In this document: piece after piece, positions 1 through 12,235 of the stretch
Position numbering within the stretch: position 1 is the stretch's first letter
Layout of the letters: the number at the start of each line of letters is the position of its first letter
Origin: Tubulanus polymorphus
Lineage: Eukaryota; Animalia; Nemertea
Direction of reading: 5' to 3'
Length of the DNA: 64,000 nucleotides
NCBI RefSeq assembly: GCF_964204645.1
Contig: NC_134028.1
Location: 15,321,653 to 15,385,652, forward strand
Translations under genes and position numbers: made by a program
Notes under the pieces: model-generated
What the model saw: only the letters and a program-made list of their open reading frames with translations
What the model was told of the DNA's origin: nothing
The model's database searches: none

Positions 1-709
1 GTTTTATTCTACGTTAGATATTTATCTTTTAGATAACAAAATGAAGGCCATTGAATCAAGAAAGTGAAGATAGATGGATGTGGAATCAGAAATTATGGAT
101 ATTTCAACTCATGAGACTGTAGCAGTTTAGCCTGTATAGGCTTCCAATGCATTACGTTTGCCGGAATTTCAATTGCGTCATTAAGCTGTTGTTAATGCCA
201 CACAGTGACAGATGTTGTATTGTACTTTATTGATTCCTGCATTCCACGCATACCTTACCGCTCGGCTGCCGAGCGGCTTGGAATGTGGAAATCGATAATG
301 ATTGTAGAATAAAATATACGTGTGTTTATGAAATAGTATTTCCACCAGTCGTTTCTTTGAATTTATTTTCAGTTTTTAGGATTTATTTATCGAGAATCCG
401 AAATGACTTATCTGGACAGTTATAATTACTGCTCCTATAGATAAACAATAGTAGTGAGATAATCTAAATCCTAATTTAAATAAAATATAATAAAAAAACA
501 ATAACTTCAACTAGCTAGTGAATTCTATTATATTTTTAATACTTTCTTTTCAAAAGAGAATACTTTATATTTTGAATAGATCCGAATAGAAATTCTTTAG
601 CTTTAACTAGCTAGTATCAGTAGTCAATACTAGAATTCTTTAACTTTAACTATCTAGTATCATTTTATAATACTTATAATATTTTTCTTATTAAATTTCT
701 CTAATATAA

Positions 710-1315
710 ATGTCAAAGATATCTAATAAGAATAGTATTGATATTGAAAAAACATTAGATGATTTGGGCATAAGTGATAATAAAGATACAGTTGTTTCTA
801 ATTCTATTCAAGTTAATAACAATATTGATTATGAATACTATTTATATTGTAAGCATCATCTTCAATTATTAATTGCTGGCGGGAAATCTAAGGATTTCTT
901 GGGAAAAATTTTAACTTATCAAGAACTAGATGCTATGAAACCCGATAAAGTAATAAAATATTTTAAGATTTATGAAGAGGCAAGATTAGCCCGAATAAAT
1001 GATTCTATTTCAGATGGTATTGTCAAATGTTATTCTAAGTTATGTAACCAGTTAATACCAATTGATGATGAAAATAAATTATATAGTGATTTGAAAAATG
1101 ACTACTTAGTTATGACTGAATTACAAAAATGGGTTGGTTATGCTTCATTTCAATTAGGATCGGTTATGACATTAATTTCTACTGGTGTCATAACATTTTC
1201 GAACATAGAGCCGCCTATGGAATATAAATCAGGCAAGAACGAAACAGATGTACTACAACCAAACGTCGAAACAGAAAATAAATCAGAACAAAAATTAACT
1301 AAAATAAATCAGTGA
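710..1315 (+). CDS. Polinton hypothetical protein (201 aa, hydrophobic segment near C-terminus)
   Basis: Intact ORF starting at TAAATG; broken homolog in copy B at 50373-50960. Confidence 0.75.
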   Translation: MSKISNKNSIDIEKTLDDLGISDNKDTVVSNSIQVNNNIDYEYYLYCKHHLQLLIAGGKSKDFLGKILTYQELDAMKPDKVIKYFKIYEEARLARINDSISDGIVKCYSKLCNQLIPIDDENKLYSDLKNDYLVMTELQKWVGYASFQLGSVMTLISTGVITFSNIEPPMEYKSGKNETDVLQPNVETENKSEQKLTKINQ

Positions 1316-1676
1316 TGGAGTTAAGAAAAAGGCTAGATCCGAGAAACAAATTAAATGGGCAAGAGAATTAGGTAAAAGATCTTCAGAATTAAAAAAAGCT
1401 AAGAAAAAGAAATTAACTGATATAAATGAATCACAGACTTTATCTGATATTGATTCAAATAATAATCCATCTGATTCTTCTAATGCTGGAAGTAATTTTA
1501 AATTATATATTACAATTGGATTAGTAACAGTTACTATATTATCCGGTGTAATATATTAATCAAAATTCAAATCTAATGATAAATATGATTCCAATGACAA
1601 TAAACCTATTATACCAGAAAATAAATCAAATGATAAAGTCATTGAAAATAAACCAAGATTATTATTAATGGATTAA
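1308..1676 (+). pseudogene. Small basic single-TM Polinton protein, start codon lost
   Basis: Reads SDGVKKKARSEKQIKWARELG...YITIGLVTVTILSGVIY*; ATG in copy B (50380) is ATC here; internal TAA at ~1557. Confidence 0.65.
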
Positions 1677-1682
1677 AATAAG

Positions 1683-2764
1683 ATGAAAAAAGAACAATAT
1701 TTAAGAGATTAATATTATAACCCAGAAAGTGAAGTATCATATTCTAACGTTACAGAATTATGGGGTAAAATTAAATCTGATAAGGAAAATGGCAATGTAA
1801 AATATAGTGAATTGAAATCATGGTTACAAAATCAACCAACATATCAAATCCACAAGAAAATGGATAAAACTTATTTAACAAGAAAAGTTATGGTTTCATA
1901 TATCGATCAACAATGGCAAGCAGATTTAATTGACATGAAGAACTTAGAAGAATACAACAAAGGATATTTCCGGATATTAAATGTTATAGACATATTCAGT
2001 AGATACGCATGGTCAATTCCAATCAAAAATAAAACTGGAATAGAAGTGACAAATGCTTTTAAATCTATATTTAAAGAAGCTATTCCAGATAAGATACAAT
2101 TTGATGAAGGTAAGGAATTTTATAACAAACATTTCAAAAAACTATTATCTGATAACGATGTAGAATATTTTTAGATAAAAAAGCATCTATTATAGAAAGA
2201 TTTAATAAAACATTGAAAGCTAGAATGTGGAAATATTTTACTGCTAATGAAACATACAAATATATCGATATATTAGATGATTTAGTGAAAGGTTGTAATA
2301 ATAATAAACATAGTTCTATAAATATGAAACCTATACAAGCTAGAAAAGAAGATAATTCAGAAATAGTTTGGAATAATTTATATGGCGCGTTTGTTACACA
2401 TGATTTCGGTGAACCTAAATTTAAAATAGGGCAACATGTAAGAATATCTAAATATAGAAAAACATTTTATAAAGGTTATACCCCAAATTTTACTGAAGAA
2501 ATATTCAAGATTAAAAAGATAATATTAACTAAACCATTTGTTTATAAATTAGAAGATCTAAAAGATGAAGAAATATTAGGTTATTTCTATGAACAAGAAT
2601 TATCACTTGTACCAAATCCAGATGAAATAGAATACAAAATAGAAAAAGTATTGAAAACAAAAACTCTTAAAGGAAAAAAGTATTCTTTGGTGAAATATAA
2701 AGGATATGATGATAAATTTAATGAATGGATTTTATCTAGTAAAATTAAAAGAATAAATGAATAA
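1683..2764 (+). pseudogene. Retroviral-type (rve) integrase with C-terminal chromo-like domain
   Basis: WQADLIDM, VIDIFSRYAW, QFDEGKEF, ASIIERFNKTLK, YKIEKVLK...VKYKGYDDKFNEW; stop near 1710 and small deletion near 2172. Confidence 0.92.
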
Positions 2765-3368
2765 AGATTTATTTATATTTGAACCGCATAATATGGTAAT
2801 AACTGGAGTAACCAATTGTGGTAAAACACATTTCATATTAGATTTGTTAGAAACTATTTATAAGAATCATTTTGATAACATAATATTATTCTGCCCTACT
2901 TATGAAATGAATAAAACATATAATAGAGATATAGTTAAGATAAATAAGTTTATTATATTAAATCCTAAAACAGTAAAAGAAAATTTAGATAATTGTATTA
3001 AAATAGCAATTGATACTTATAAAGGATCAAATACATTATTCATTGAAGATGATTGCGCTAATTTACATGATTCAAAAGTGAGAGAAAGTGAGTTATGTTA
3101 TTTAGCTTTCTCTGGGAGACATTTTGGGATAACAACATGGGTTTTAAATCAAAAATATAATTCAATTGTTAAAGACTTTAGGGAGAATATCAGATTTCTA
3201 GTTTTATTTTATAACAAAGATAGAAAATCTATGCAACAATCATTGGAAGAAAATCAAATTATACCTACTGAATTAAATGATAAATATATGAATAAATTAA
3301 AGAATAATAAAGGTTCAAAATTATAACTGAGATTACAATTTCCATATGAATATAAATTTATAAAATAA
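2757..3368 (+). pseudogene. A32/FtsK-like genome packaging ATPase
   Basis: Walker A GVTNCGKT, Walker B LFIEDD, GRHFGI motif; premature TAA at 3324-3326. Confidence 0.88.
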
Positions 3369-3397
3369 CTATTTATAATTTGGAATATTATAGAAAC

Positions 3398-3985
3398 TAA
3401 TTTATATATCTATATACTAGACGTACGAGTAAGAAAGTAAGATTCTTGCCAAGAAAGTAAGAAAGTAAGATTCTTAGATTCTTACGTACGTCTGGTACAT
3501 AGATATATAAATTATTAAATGAATTATATAAAAATGAATAAATTATATGTTTTCTCTTAATAAAAATAAAAATAGATTATATTATAACTATTTCTATACT
3601 TAGATTAATAATTTTATGTTTTTAATTTTTATGAAAACTATTATATATAACTATGTACTAGACGTACGAGTAAGAAAGTAAGATTCTTGCCAAGAAAGTA
3701 AGTTTCTTAGATTCTGTACGTCTAGTATATAGATATATAAATTAGTTTTATAATAGTTATTCTAAATTTAAATTATAAAAATGAATAAATTATATGTTTT
3801 CTCTTAATAATAATAAAAATAGATTATATTATAACTATTTCTATACTTAGATTAATAATTTTATGTTTTTGATTTTTATGAAAACTATTATATATATCTA
3901 TGTACTAGACGTACGAGTAAGAAAGTAAGATTTCTTGGATTCTTGGATTCTTAATCGTACGTCTAGTATATAGTTATATAAATTA
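3398..3985. repeat. Three ~243-bp tandem units, each with a ~95-115-bp hairpin (TATATCTATRTACTAGACGTAC ... GTACGTCTRGTAYATAG)
   Basis: Stems at ~3398-3514, ~3643-3739 and ~3889-3980, between convergent genes; two units in copy B. Confidence 0.9.
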
Positions 3986-3997
3986 GTTTTATAGTAA

Positions 3998-5156
3998 TTA
4001 TTCTAATTTTGTTTCTAATGTATTTATAAAATCATCTCTGTTTATATCTAATTCACCAAAAGTCTTAGGTAGATTTATTAATTTTAATTGAGCCATCTTA
4101 ACATAATTATTAGTAGGTAAATTAGCTTTTTCTCTTAATTTTTCTAAGTATTCATCAAAATCATCATAATCAAAATCAAAATGATGTCCAAAATTATTTA
4201 TCAGATAATTTAAATCTATTTTTCTTAAATATAATAATTTATATATTTGTTTAGGATTATCTTCTGCATAAGCTAATAATTTATCAAATAACAACTTATA
4301 GAACATATAATATTGGTTAGTTTTAGGATTAAAATATTTGATATATTTATTTGGGTTATTTAACAATGGTATCATACTCACCATTTTATAAACATTAATT
4401 AGATGTAACTTTGATTCATAATGAGTATTTCCATCAACAGGTTCAATTTTCTTATTACAATATTGGCACATTTTATTTCTTTCTATTTCTTCTAATTTCT
4501 TTTCATGTTCTTCTAACTTCCTTTCATTTTCGATATGCGCTTGAGATTTTTTATGTTTAGAAAAATTACTTTTAGAAATATCTAAATAACAAATGTTACA
4601 ATGTTTTTTAGAATCATCAATTGTTTCATTATCATTAGTTTCAATTGTATCAACATTATCTGTTATATTATCTATGGTATCATTTGTTTCAATTGTGTTA
4701 ACATTATCTATGATATTATCTATTATATTATTATCAGATATATTATTATCATTATTATTCTTTTCTTTTTCTATATGTTTATTTGATTTCTTATGTGATG
4801 CCCAATTTTTATATGATATATATTTCTTACATACATCACAATATTTTTCATTTGTCTTTTTGGTTTTGATATCAGGTTCAATCTTATCATTATTAGATGT
4901 AGTAGGTATTACATTATTAGATGTAGAAGGTATTACATTATTAGATGTAGAAGGTATTACATTATTATCAATTACATTACTTAAATTATCAACAACTTCA
5001 CTTATAATTATCTATTTCTATTAGTTTAGTTTTATAATTTTTGAAAATAGGATCAAATATCAAAGCTATATTACAAGGTATTACATAATATAAACCATCA
5101 TTATTTTCATGTGTATCGATGTATGGAATATGTTTATATACTTTACCTCCTTCCAT
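3998..5156 (-). pseudogene. Zinc-finger (CxxC...H...H) protein with low-complexity linker
   Basis: CDVCKKY...HKKSNKH and CQYCNKK...HYESKLH; 24-bp repeats at ~4890-4975; frame broken; homolog at 46936-48044. Confidence 0.7.
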
Positions 5157-5188
5157 TTATATAATAAATATTTATTAAATTTAAAATT

Positions 5189-6434
5189 TTAATACATAAC
5201 ACTATCTAATTGTGAATTTACAATATTTAATTGCGCGTCAGATATAATATAAATGTGCATTTTAAAATTTTTGATTCCTTTATTCTTTGTCATGAATAAT
5301 TGTATTCCATCTTTAGTGTTTTGTAATTTTTTTGCAGAACCATGTAATGAATTATCCTCTGTTGTTCTAAAATCTAACCATAAGGCATATTTATTACCGG
5401 TATAATAATCAATTTGATTAATGTTACAATTTTCAGATGATTTCACTTTTTCATTCATAAAATGTTTTCTAATTTCTGGCCATTGATCAATCATTCTCAT
5501 TCCTTGACAAAATATTTTATTTGCTATTCCTTCGATAGTTATTTCTACTTTTGTTATTTCAGGATTATAATAATTATCAACATTTATTGCACCATTAGTA
5601 TATGTTGCAATGGTAAAAAATATTAATATACCTTTAATAGATCTTCTTGGGAAGTTAATATTCTCATTAATTATTTCATCATTTGCATTAATAGTTACAG
5701 TTTTAAATTTATCAATATAATCATATAATAATGAAAATCCTTGATTGTATTTAGTTTGAATTATACTTGAAATATTTTCATCAGTTAGTGTCATATTGTA
5801 AACATATATTCGATAATTTATAACTCATATCTTTATTAACGCTAGATATTAGAATTTCATTAACAGGAGCAAATGTTATTTCGAATATAACGTCTTCTTG
5901 AATTGCGTATTTATATAAAGGTGCATTGTTATTTATCAATTCAAAGTCTAGTGGAATTTTATATTTGCTTCCATATATACTTTTTATCAATTTATCTACA
6001 GCATTAGTTAATATTGCGCTATTAGCTTCTGATCTTAATTTATTTTGGTTTTCTGATTGGATTCCTTGAAATATCATATTATTTCTATTTTCTTTAGTTA
6101 ACCATAAATCTTTATAATGCATAAATAAATTATAATCATCTAATGAGAAAACTGTTTCTGGACCAATCTTTATAGTTAATTTTTTAATCAAATATCTTCC
6201 AACATTATCAACAACATAATTATTATTATTACCGATTACTTTTATATCGGCTGATAAATAAATACTATTTGGAACGTAAAAAGTATTTTGTGTTAATCGA
6301 GGAATTTTAACATATAAAGTTTCATCGGGATTAATATTAGAAGGGTTATGAGTAATTATATGATGTGATCTTTCTGCTTTAATAGCATTAGATATTCTAT
6401 GATTCTTAGAAGGATTGATATAACTCCCACTCAT
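5189..6434 (-). pseudogene. Major capsid protein (double jelly-roll, Polinton/PLV type), frameshifted near 5785
   Basis: ~414 aa beta-rich; HIITHNPSNINPDETLYVKIPRL, FEITFAP, LSNICLxYD, ALWLDFR; size and context fit MCP. Confidence 0.75.
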
Positions 6435-6454
6435 TTATTTAACAAAAAAATTAA

Positions 6455-8180
6455 TTATTTATTTTTTATCATGTTTACTAATCCAAAAATAATAGCACTT
6501 ACAACTGTAATTAAAAATAAAATAATATGTTCAGCAGCAAAGTTAATAATGTTTCCTGCAGATTTCAATATAAAACCAACAATTGATGCAATAATTCCTG
6601 GTAATGCTGCAGCAGATTTCTTTGATAGTTCCCATAAATATTTTGCTAATTTCTTTAAACCATCCTTAACTTTATCTTGTATAGAATCATTATCATTCGG
6701 GGGTTTATCCGGTTTATTGGGAGTAGGAGTAGGAGTAGATTTCAAAGCATTTGATATTGCTAAACCTATTGTTGTAAATACCATAGTTACAGCTGTTAGA
6801 ATTGAAAGAATTGTTATACCTTCTAGTTTAAATAATAATTTTATTCTATCTTTTAATGATATTTTAGAATTTGGTATTATCAACAAATCTTTAAAAACAT
6901 CTTTTAATCTTTTAAAATTATTACCAAATTCTTTTAATAATATATCTCTTTCACCTTTCAGTACTTCTAAATTATCTTTTAAATTATTAATTTCTTTTTC
7001 TAAACGTGGTTCTTTTTGCTTATATTCTATTTCATCAATTACTTGATGATCTAAATCAGACTTTAATTGTTCTATTTCTTTATTTTTATCAGTCAATTCT
7101 TTTTCTAAAAATCTAATTTTAATATCTCTTATACTTTTTTCATGCGCAATTTTATCAGCCGATTCTTGCATACCTTTAATTTCTCTACGTGTTTGTTTAG
7201 GAAATGCTTCTAATTCATCATCAGTTAAATCAAATAATCCTTTTTCTAGTAAAGATTGTATTCGATTTATTCCAGTTTCAGCACCGGGTGTATCTAAAAT
7301 ACTATTCATCTCTTCTTCGAATGAATGAACTGTATCTAACATGCTATCAAATGTTTTACTAATTGTAATTGACTTGAATCATTATCAATTGGTTGAATAT
7401 CTCTTCTCGATGTTTCGGGTGTTGAAGATCTTAATCTATCTAATCGATCTGCATACTCTTCCATTTCTGGATTAACATCAGTAGGATTTTGATTTGGATT
7501 TTTAAATGGTGAATATTTGTTAATATCAATTTTAGGAATTGGTTCTTCTTCATTTATTCTATCGATTGCATTCCATATAATTCTGAGAAATTCTCTACCA
7601 CCTTTTGAACGTTCAATTGAAGATCCTGCACGCATTTCAGGATGGTACAGATCTTCTTGTCCCATTTTAGATAATTGAATTGATACAGTTTCGTTATTTA
7701 ATTCAGTTTTATAAAACCATGAATCATTTTTAAATTCTAAATTATTCATGAAAAATGGATCATCTTCTACAATTTGTATTGCAATATCTTCTCGTTCAAT
7801 GTTATATGCTACATTTTTTGGTGATAATTCTTCAATAACTGTATTTGTTACACTATGTTTTATGTATAATAATTGTTTTTTCAATTCAGGGTTTTCTGTT
7901 CTTTCTAATCTATTAATTAAATCTTTTCTATCTGGCCTAGTTTTAATTATTATCTTATCGAGGGATTCTAAATAATCTATTATTTTTCACTTGTTACAGT
8001 ATCATATTTAAATTCATCATAATCATATAATATAGGCCCACTAGAATCATCTTCATCTAAATTAGTATTATATGCTGATTCATCATCATTATCAATATTA
8101 GTTTCATTAAAATCAGGTTGTGGTTCATCACTTATACCGGGGGCGTCACCAAAAGTATCCATTGGAATTTCTTCATCCAT
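6455..8180 (-). pseudogene. Large protein with acidic N-terminus, coiled coil and C-terminal transmembrane segments, split into three ORFs
   Basis: ORFs 7980-8180, 7336-7884 and 6455-7342; TM segments ITILSILTAVTMVFTTIGLAI and IILFLITVVSAIIFGLV. Confidence 0.65.
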
Positions 8181-8196
8181 TTATATAATAACAAAA

Positions 8197-9357
8197 TTAG
8201 AATTTAAAATATAATATTCCTCCGATTACAATTCCTGTACAAGTTATAGCTAATTTAGTATTTTCATGGGATTTATTATCATCATTTAGTTTAATTATAT
8301 CATGTTGAATATTATCAGTTCTAATATTTTCTGTATTGTAATCTTTTATTTTGGAATCATTATTCAATTTAATATTATTAGTTTTAGTTTCTGTTGATTG
8401 AATATGTTTTTTATTTTTTTCACCTTCCATTAATTTTGGAGCAGTAATAATCTTTTTATTTATATCATTTAACCCAAATGAATTATTTATTGTTGCAGTT
8501 TTAATTAGATTATTATAACCAATTATGTTTCCCATCTTTAATACTAAATCATTAGAAATAATTAATAGATTAGGGCCTATAAAATAATTTAATCTAATAT
8601 GTGATTTATCTAAATAATTTTGATATCTTACAATGTTTTCTGGAATCGATCTATTTTTATCATTATGAATTGAATCTTCAAATAATACTTTAAATTGTTT
8701 CTGCGCATCGAATGAAGTGTTATCATTTCCAATTATTGTTGATCTTGTTTCAACTTGCGCACCTAAAATACATATCAAATAAGTTCTAATAGATTGATTT
8801 ATTCTTTGTATACCAGCTTTAGTAAAACCTTCACTATTTTCTAAAATGAAATTAACCCAACCATTATTGTTTTGTTGTTGTATATTATTATAATATTTTG
8901 GTAATTCATTCCAATTTAGTGTTCTTATATCTGAATTTGTCATTATTTTTCCAAATTCTTTAGTATATAATATTCCTAATCCACCCATTGTTCCAATTTT
9001 TGCTCTAAAATCTTTATTTGAATTAATATTAAATTCATTACACATTTTATAAAACTTAGAAAAATTAATATTATTATTCAATTCTTTAAAATATTTTGAA
9101 CCTGGTAAAGGACATTCTAATTCATCTAATATTAATTTTATTTGAAAATATGTATGAAATCTAAAAAGTGATAACATCAATGGTAAACTTGGTTTGTTTA
9201 AATGATCATTCCAACTAATTCCACATCCTGTTGTTGCGCAATGAACAGCAAAATTTAATTGGTTCTGCCAATACTTCATATTAGATTTTAATAACCATTG
9301 TTTTGCCTCATTTAAATTTTTGAAATTAATTGTATACACATAAAATATATTTTCCAT
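8197..9357 (-). CDS. Conserved Polinton protein with C-terminal membrane anchor (true start probably ~9517, ATG lost)
   Basis: WQNQLNFAVHCATTGCGISW motif; C-terminal LAITCTGIVIGGILYF; homolog at 42931-44271. Confidence 0.7.
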   Translation of the reverse strand: MENIFYVYTINFKNLNEAKQWLLKSNMKYWQNQLNFAVHCATTGCGISWNDHLNKPSLPLMLSLFRFHTYFQIKLILDELECPLPGSKYFKELNNNINFSKFYKMCNEFNINSNKDFRAKIGTMGGLGILYTKEFGKIMTNSDIRTLNWNELPKYYNNIQQQNNNGWVNFILENSEGFTKAGIQRINQSIRTYLICILGAQVETRSTIIGNDNTSFDAQKQFKVLFEDSIHNDKNRSIPENIVRYQNYLDKSHIRLNYFIGPNLLIISNDLVLKMGNIIGYNNLIKTATINNSFGLNDINKKIITAPKLMEGEKNKKHIQSTETKTNNIKLNNDSKIKDYNTENIRTDNIQHDIIKLNDDNKSHENTKLAITCTGIVIGGILYFKF

Positions 9358-9533
9358 CTTTACATGAAAATTATTACTTTCAGTAACATAAATATATAAA
9401 TCAATTAATGAATTTAAAACTTCATTTCTATATGTAATATCTTCATTAAAATCTATTGCTGGAATACTATATTTAATTGATTTATTATATTGGAAAGCTT
9501 TTGGAAAACTATATTATTTATATAATTAAAAAA

Positions 9534-9968
9534 TTAATAATTAACTAATTCTTTTAATAATTTATCTTGTTCTTCAACTGTTATATGACCATTTAAACTT
9601 ATTATATAATCTAGTGTATTCTTTAATTTATTAATTTCTTTTATATTAGTTTTAATTTTTTCTTTATTACTTTTTATATTTAATTTTGAACTTATACCGG
9701 TTAAAACACTTGAACTTAATCCTAACACACCAATTGATATAGCTAAAGGTGTTAATGGACTGAATATTGCTAGAAATGTTATTACAGAACTAATTGTAAC
9801 CGAACCACTTATAATAAGATAATATATAATTTGACTTTTTAAATGTTTTTTCTTTTTAACTTTTAAGTCACTTTCAAACTCTAACATTTGTTTTTCTAAA
9901 TATGTTTTTAATTTAGTTTTATTTATATCATGAGGAATAATATCAATATTATCAACTTTATCTTCCAT
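9534..9968 (-). CDS. Two-TM coiled-coil membrane protein
   Basis: Two adjacent hydrophobic helices flanked by Lys-rich coiled coils; TAAATG start. Confidence 0.75.
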   Translation of the reverse strand: MEDKVDNIDIIPHDINKTKLKTYLEKQMLEFESDLKVKKKKHLKSQIIYYLIISGSVTISSVITFLAIFSPLTPLAISIGVLGLSSSVLTGISSKLNIKSNKEKIKTNIKEINKLKNTLDYIISLNGHITVEEQDKLLKELVNY

Positions 9969-9988
9969 TTATTTAGCAAAAAAAATTA

Positions 9989-10411
9989 CTAATTAGTAAA
10001 CTTATAAGCAACAAATATAACAATAACAGTTCCACCTAAAATCCAAATTATTTCATATTTCTTCTGTTCATTACTTGGGGTATAATAATCTGAAATTGTA
10101 GGTTTATGTAGATGTAATTTTTCTTTATTGGTTACCGCGTTATATAAACTCATTGCATCATCAACTGATTGAAAATCTCTATGTGAAATCTTCTGATCAT
10201 ATAATTCCTTGTTAATATAATCCATATAGTTTTGTCTCTTTTCTCTATATTCTTCTGCAGCTTTATTGTATTTCTCTAATGCTAAGTTATGTCTTTTTTG
10301 TTCTGTTAATGATCCATTTTTATCAATATGCTTGAATAAATAACCACCACCAGTAAATGCTAAAGCGTTAACAATTGCCGATCCTATAATAGTTATAACT
10401 GCAGAAGCCAT
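9989..10411 (-). CDS. Small virion-like membrane protein (140 aa)
   Basis: N-terminal MASAVITIIGSAIVNALAFTGGGYLF, C-terminal TM; near-identical in copy B. Confidence 0.78.
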   Translation of the reverse strand: MASAVITIIGSAIVNALAFTGGGYLFKHIDKNGSLTEQKRHNLALEKYNKAAEEYREKRQNYMDYINKELYDQKISHRDFQSVDDAMSLYNAVTNKEKLHLHKPTISDYYTPSNEQKKYEIIWILGGTVIVIFVAYKFTN

Positions 10412-10435
10412 TTATTTAGTAAAATAATTATGCAT

Positions 10436-10656
10436 TTATATGGGAGGAATATATTTTTGTTTTTCCAAATAATCAATAGTTAAATTAGATAAAGTAACTG
10501 CTAACGTTAATTTTAAGATATCATTTATATCAAATCTATCAACATTAACACTTCCCATTTTAAATACTTTTTTAATACCATTGAATAACCAACAGTTCCA
10601 ACTGATAGTAATGCGCCATTATATAATCCAGTTATTATCCACTTATTATCACTCAT
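10436..10656 (-). pseudogene. Small hydrophobic protein, 1-bp frameshift
   Basis: Homolog of intact 40677-40898. Confidence 0.65.
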
Positions 10657-10995
10657 TTATTTATCAAAACAATTACTATCTTCAAAATATTTAGTTAACT
10701 TATTTATGATTAAATCAACATTTATTTCATTACTAGTTTCATTTGTATATATTTCAATTATTATTTTTTTAATATGATCGATGATAAAATCTTTATCTAA
10801 TTCATAAAATCTTAAAGATTCTCTAATTAAATTAGTAATCTTTTCTACATTTAAAGTTTCTTTATCTATTGTTGTTTCATACTCAAATGTAATATTTTTG
10901 ATATGTGTAATTACATCAGTAATGTTAAATTTCATTTCTTTCTCATGTTTAAAATCAAACCCAAAACATATGCTCGGCCCAACAGTTATATTCAT
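10657..10995 (-). CDS. Polinton hypothetical protein
   Basis: Intact ORF, homolog at 40317-40676. Confidence 0.7.
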   Translation of the reverse strand: MNITVGPSICFGFDFKHEKEMKFNITDVITHIKNITFEYETTIDKETLNVEKITNLIRESLRFYELDKDFIIDHIKKIIIEIYTNETSNEINVDLIINKLTKYFEDSNCFDK

Positions 10996-11012
10996 TTATA
11001 TAGTGAAAAAAA

Positions 11013-11771
11013 TTACTCTTTACATCTTATAACTAATTCATAAATTACAGGAAAGTTATTCAAATCAATTAAATGTCCATTATGATTTCTTATTTCTAAT
11101 TTAAAATTATTAAATTTAGGAATGCAAGGTTTAAAATCACATTCAGTTAAATTATAATTTATTTGAGTTCCAAATTGTTTAACATTTTTTAGCGGTAAAA
11201 TATTTAGTATACTAGAACTACAAATTGTTTCTTTAGTTGTTTCGAAAGTTTTTGTAGGCTCGATTAAATTGCAATAAATATAAAAGTGTGTAAAAGGTAT
11301 TATATTTGAGCTGCCTTCTGCGTTTCCTGTAACAGTATCTGGTACAATTCCTAACAGTTTAGTTATAGGTTTTCTCACTATACATGCATGTTGACTTTCA
11401 TCATATACCTTTATTTTAATTTTATTTGTGCTATCACTTTTTATAAATCTAATCAAAAATTTATCTTCACTTCTTATTTTCAACCGTGCTCTTCTATTAA
11501 TTTCTTGAGCTAATGTTTCTTAATTATATAATACTGGTTTTAAAATTAGGTGAAACCATTTATCTACATTTCTAATATGAATCATAAAAGCATTATGATT
11601 AATAGTTTTATCCGATATATTATAAAAAGAATTACATAAACTTATATTAACTAATTTCAAATCTACACAATTCTTGAATTTTCTATCTAATTGTACTAGT
11701 AAATTATGAGATTTATAATTTGTAAGCCTTCTAAAATCAACAAATATTCTGTATTCTTTTAATTCCACCAT
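11013..11771 (-). pseudogene. Minor capsid (penton-like single jelly-roll) protein, internal stop at 11520
   Basis: LVNISLCNSFYNI, PxLYNL, FYIYCNLI, LEIRNHNGHLIDLNNFPVIYELVI. Confidence 0.8.
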
Positions 11772-11785
11772 TTATTTTACATATT

Positions 11786-12139
11786 TTATTCGAAATCTAT
11801 TTCATGGTGACCTTTTTCATTCTTACCTTTGTATACGAAATAGAAATCTCCAGAACATAATTCTTCTAGATCTTCACTTGATAATCTATGAAATCTATCT
11901 GGTAAATATGTTCTGAATTTATGTGTATTTCCTTTTAATCCTTCATATTCTAAGTGTATAACTAATTTATCTCCATATTTGTTAGTAACTGTAACAATAT
12001 CTGTAATTAGATATTTCTTATGGATTGTTAATTCTTTTAACATCTTAAATTTATAATCTACAGATTTTACATTTGTGATATCTTTTATTCTATCTAGAAA
12101 TAATTTGTTGTTCTCACTGTGTGTTTGTTTACTCTCCAT
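11786..12139 (-). CDS. Small putative OB-fold/ssDNA-binding protein
   Basis: TNKYGDKLVIHL...TYLPDRF...FVYKG pattern next to pPolB; fold inferred. Confidence 0.55.
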   Translation of the reverse strand: MESKQTHSENNKLFLDRIKDITNVKSVDYKFKMLKELTIHKKYLITDIVTVTNKYGDKLVIHLEYEGLKGNTHKFRTYLPDRFHRLSSEDLEELCSGDFYFVYKGKNEKGHHEIDFE

Positions 12140-12235
12140 TTATAATACATATTTTTATTAAAATTTGATTAACACGTTAGAATTCTTTTCATTATCTCGT
12201 TCTCTTTTGTTTCTTCTCTTTTAAATTTTAAGTAT

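Noticed and set aside
505-665. Short repeats with AACTAGCTAGT / GAATTC upstream of ORF 710
   Set aside because: Real but degenerate and only partly kept in copy B; no supportable function
3398-3985. CRISPR-like array
   Set aside because: Spacers are conserved rather than unique, units are ~243 bp, no cas genes, eukaryotic context
4593-7046. Plus-strand ORFs 4593-5024 and 6399-7046 (also 31000-31800, 45355-45693, 47043-47441 and the many plus-strand ORFs in the Gypsy element)
   Set aside because: Antisense shadows of real genes with no motifs
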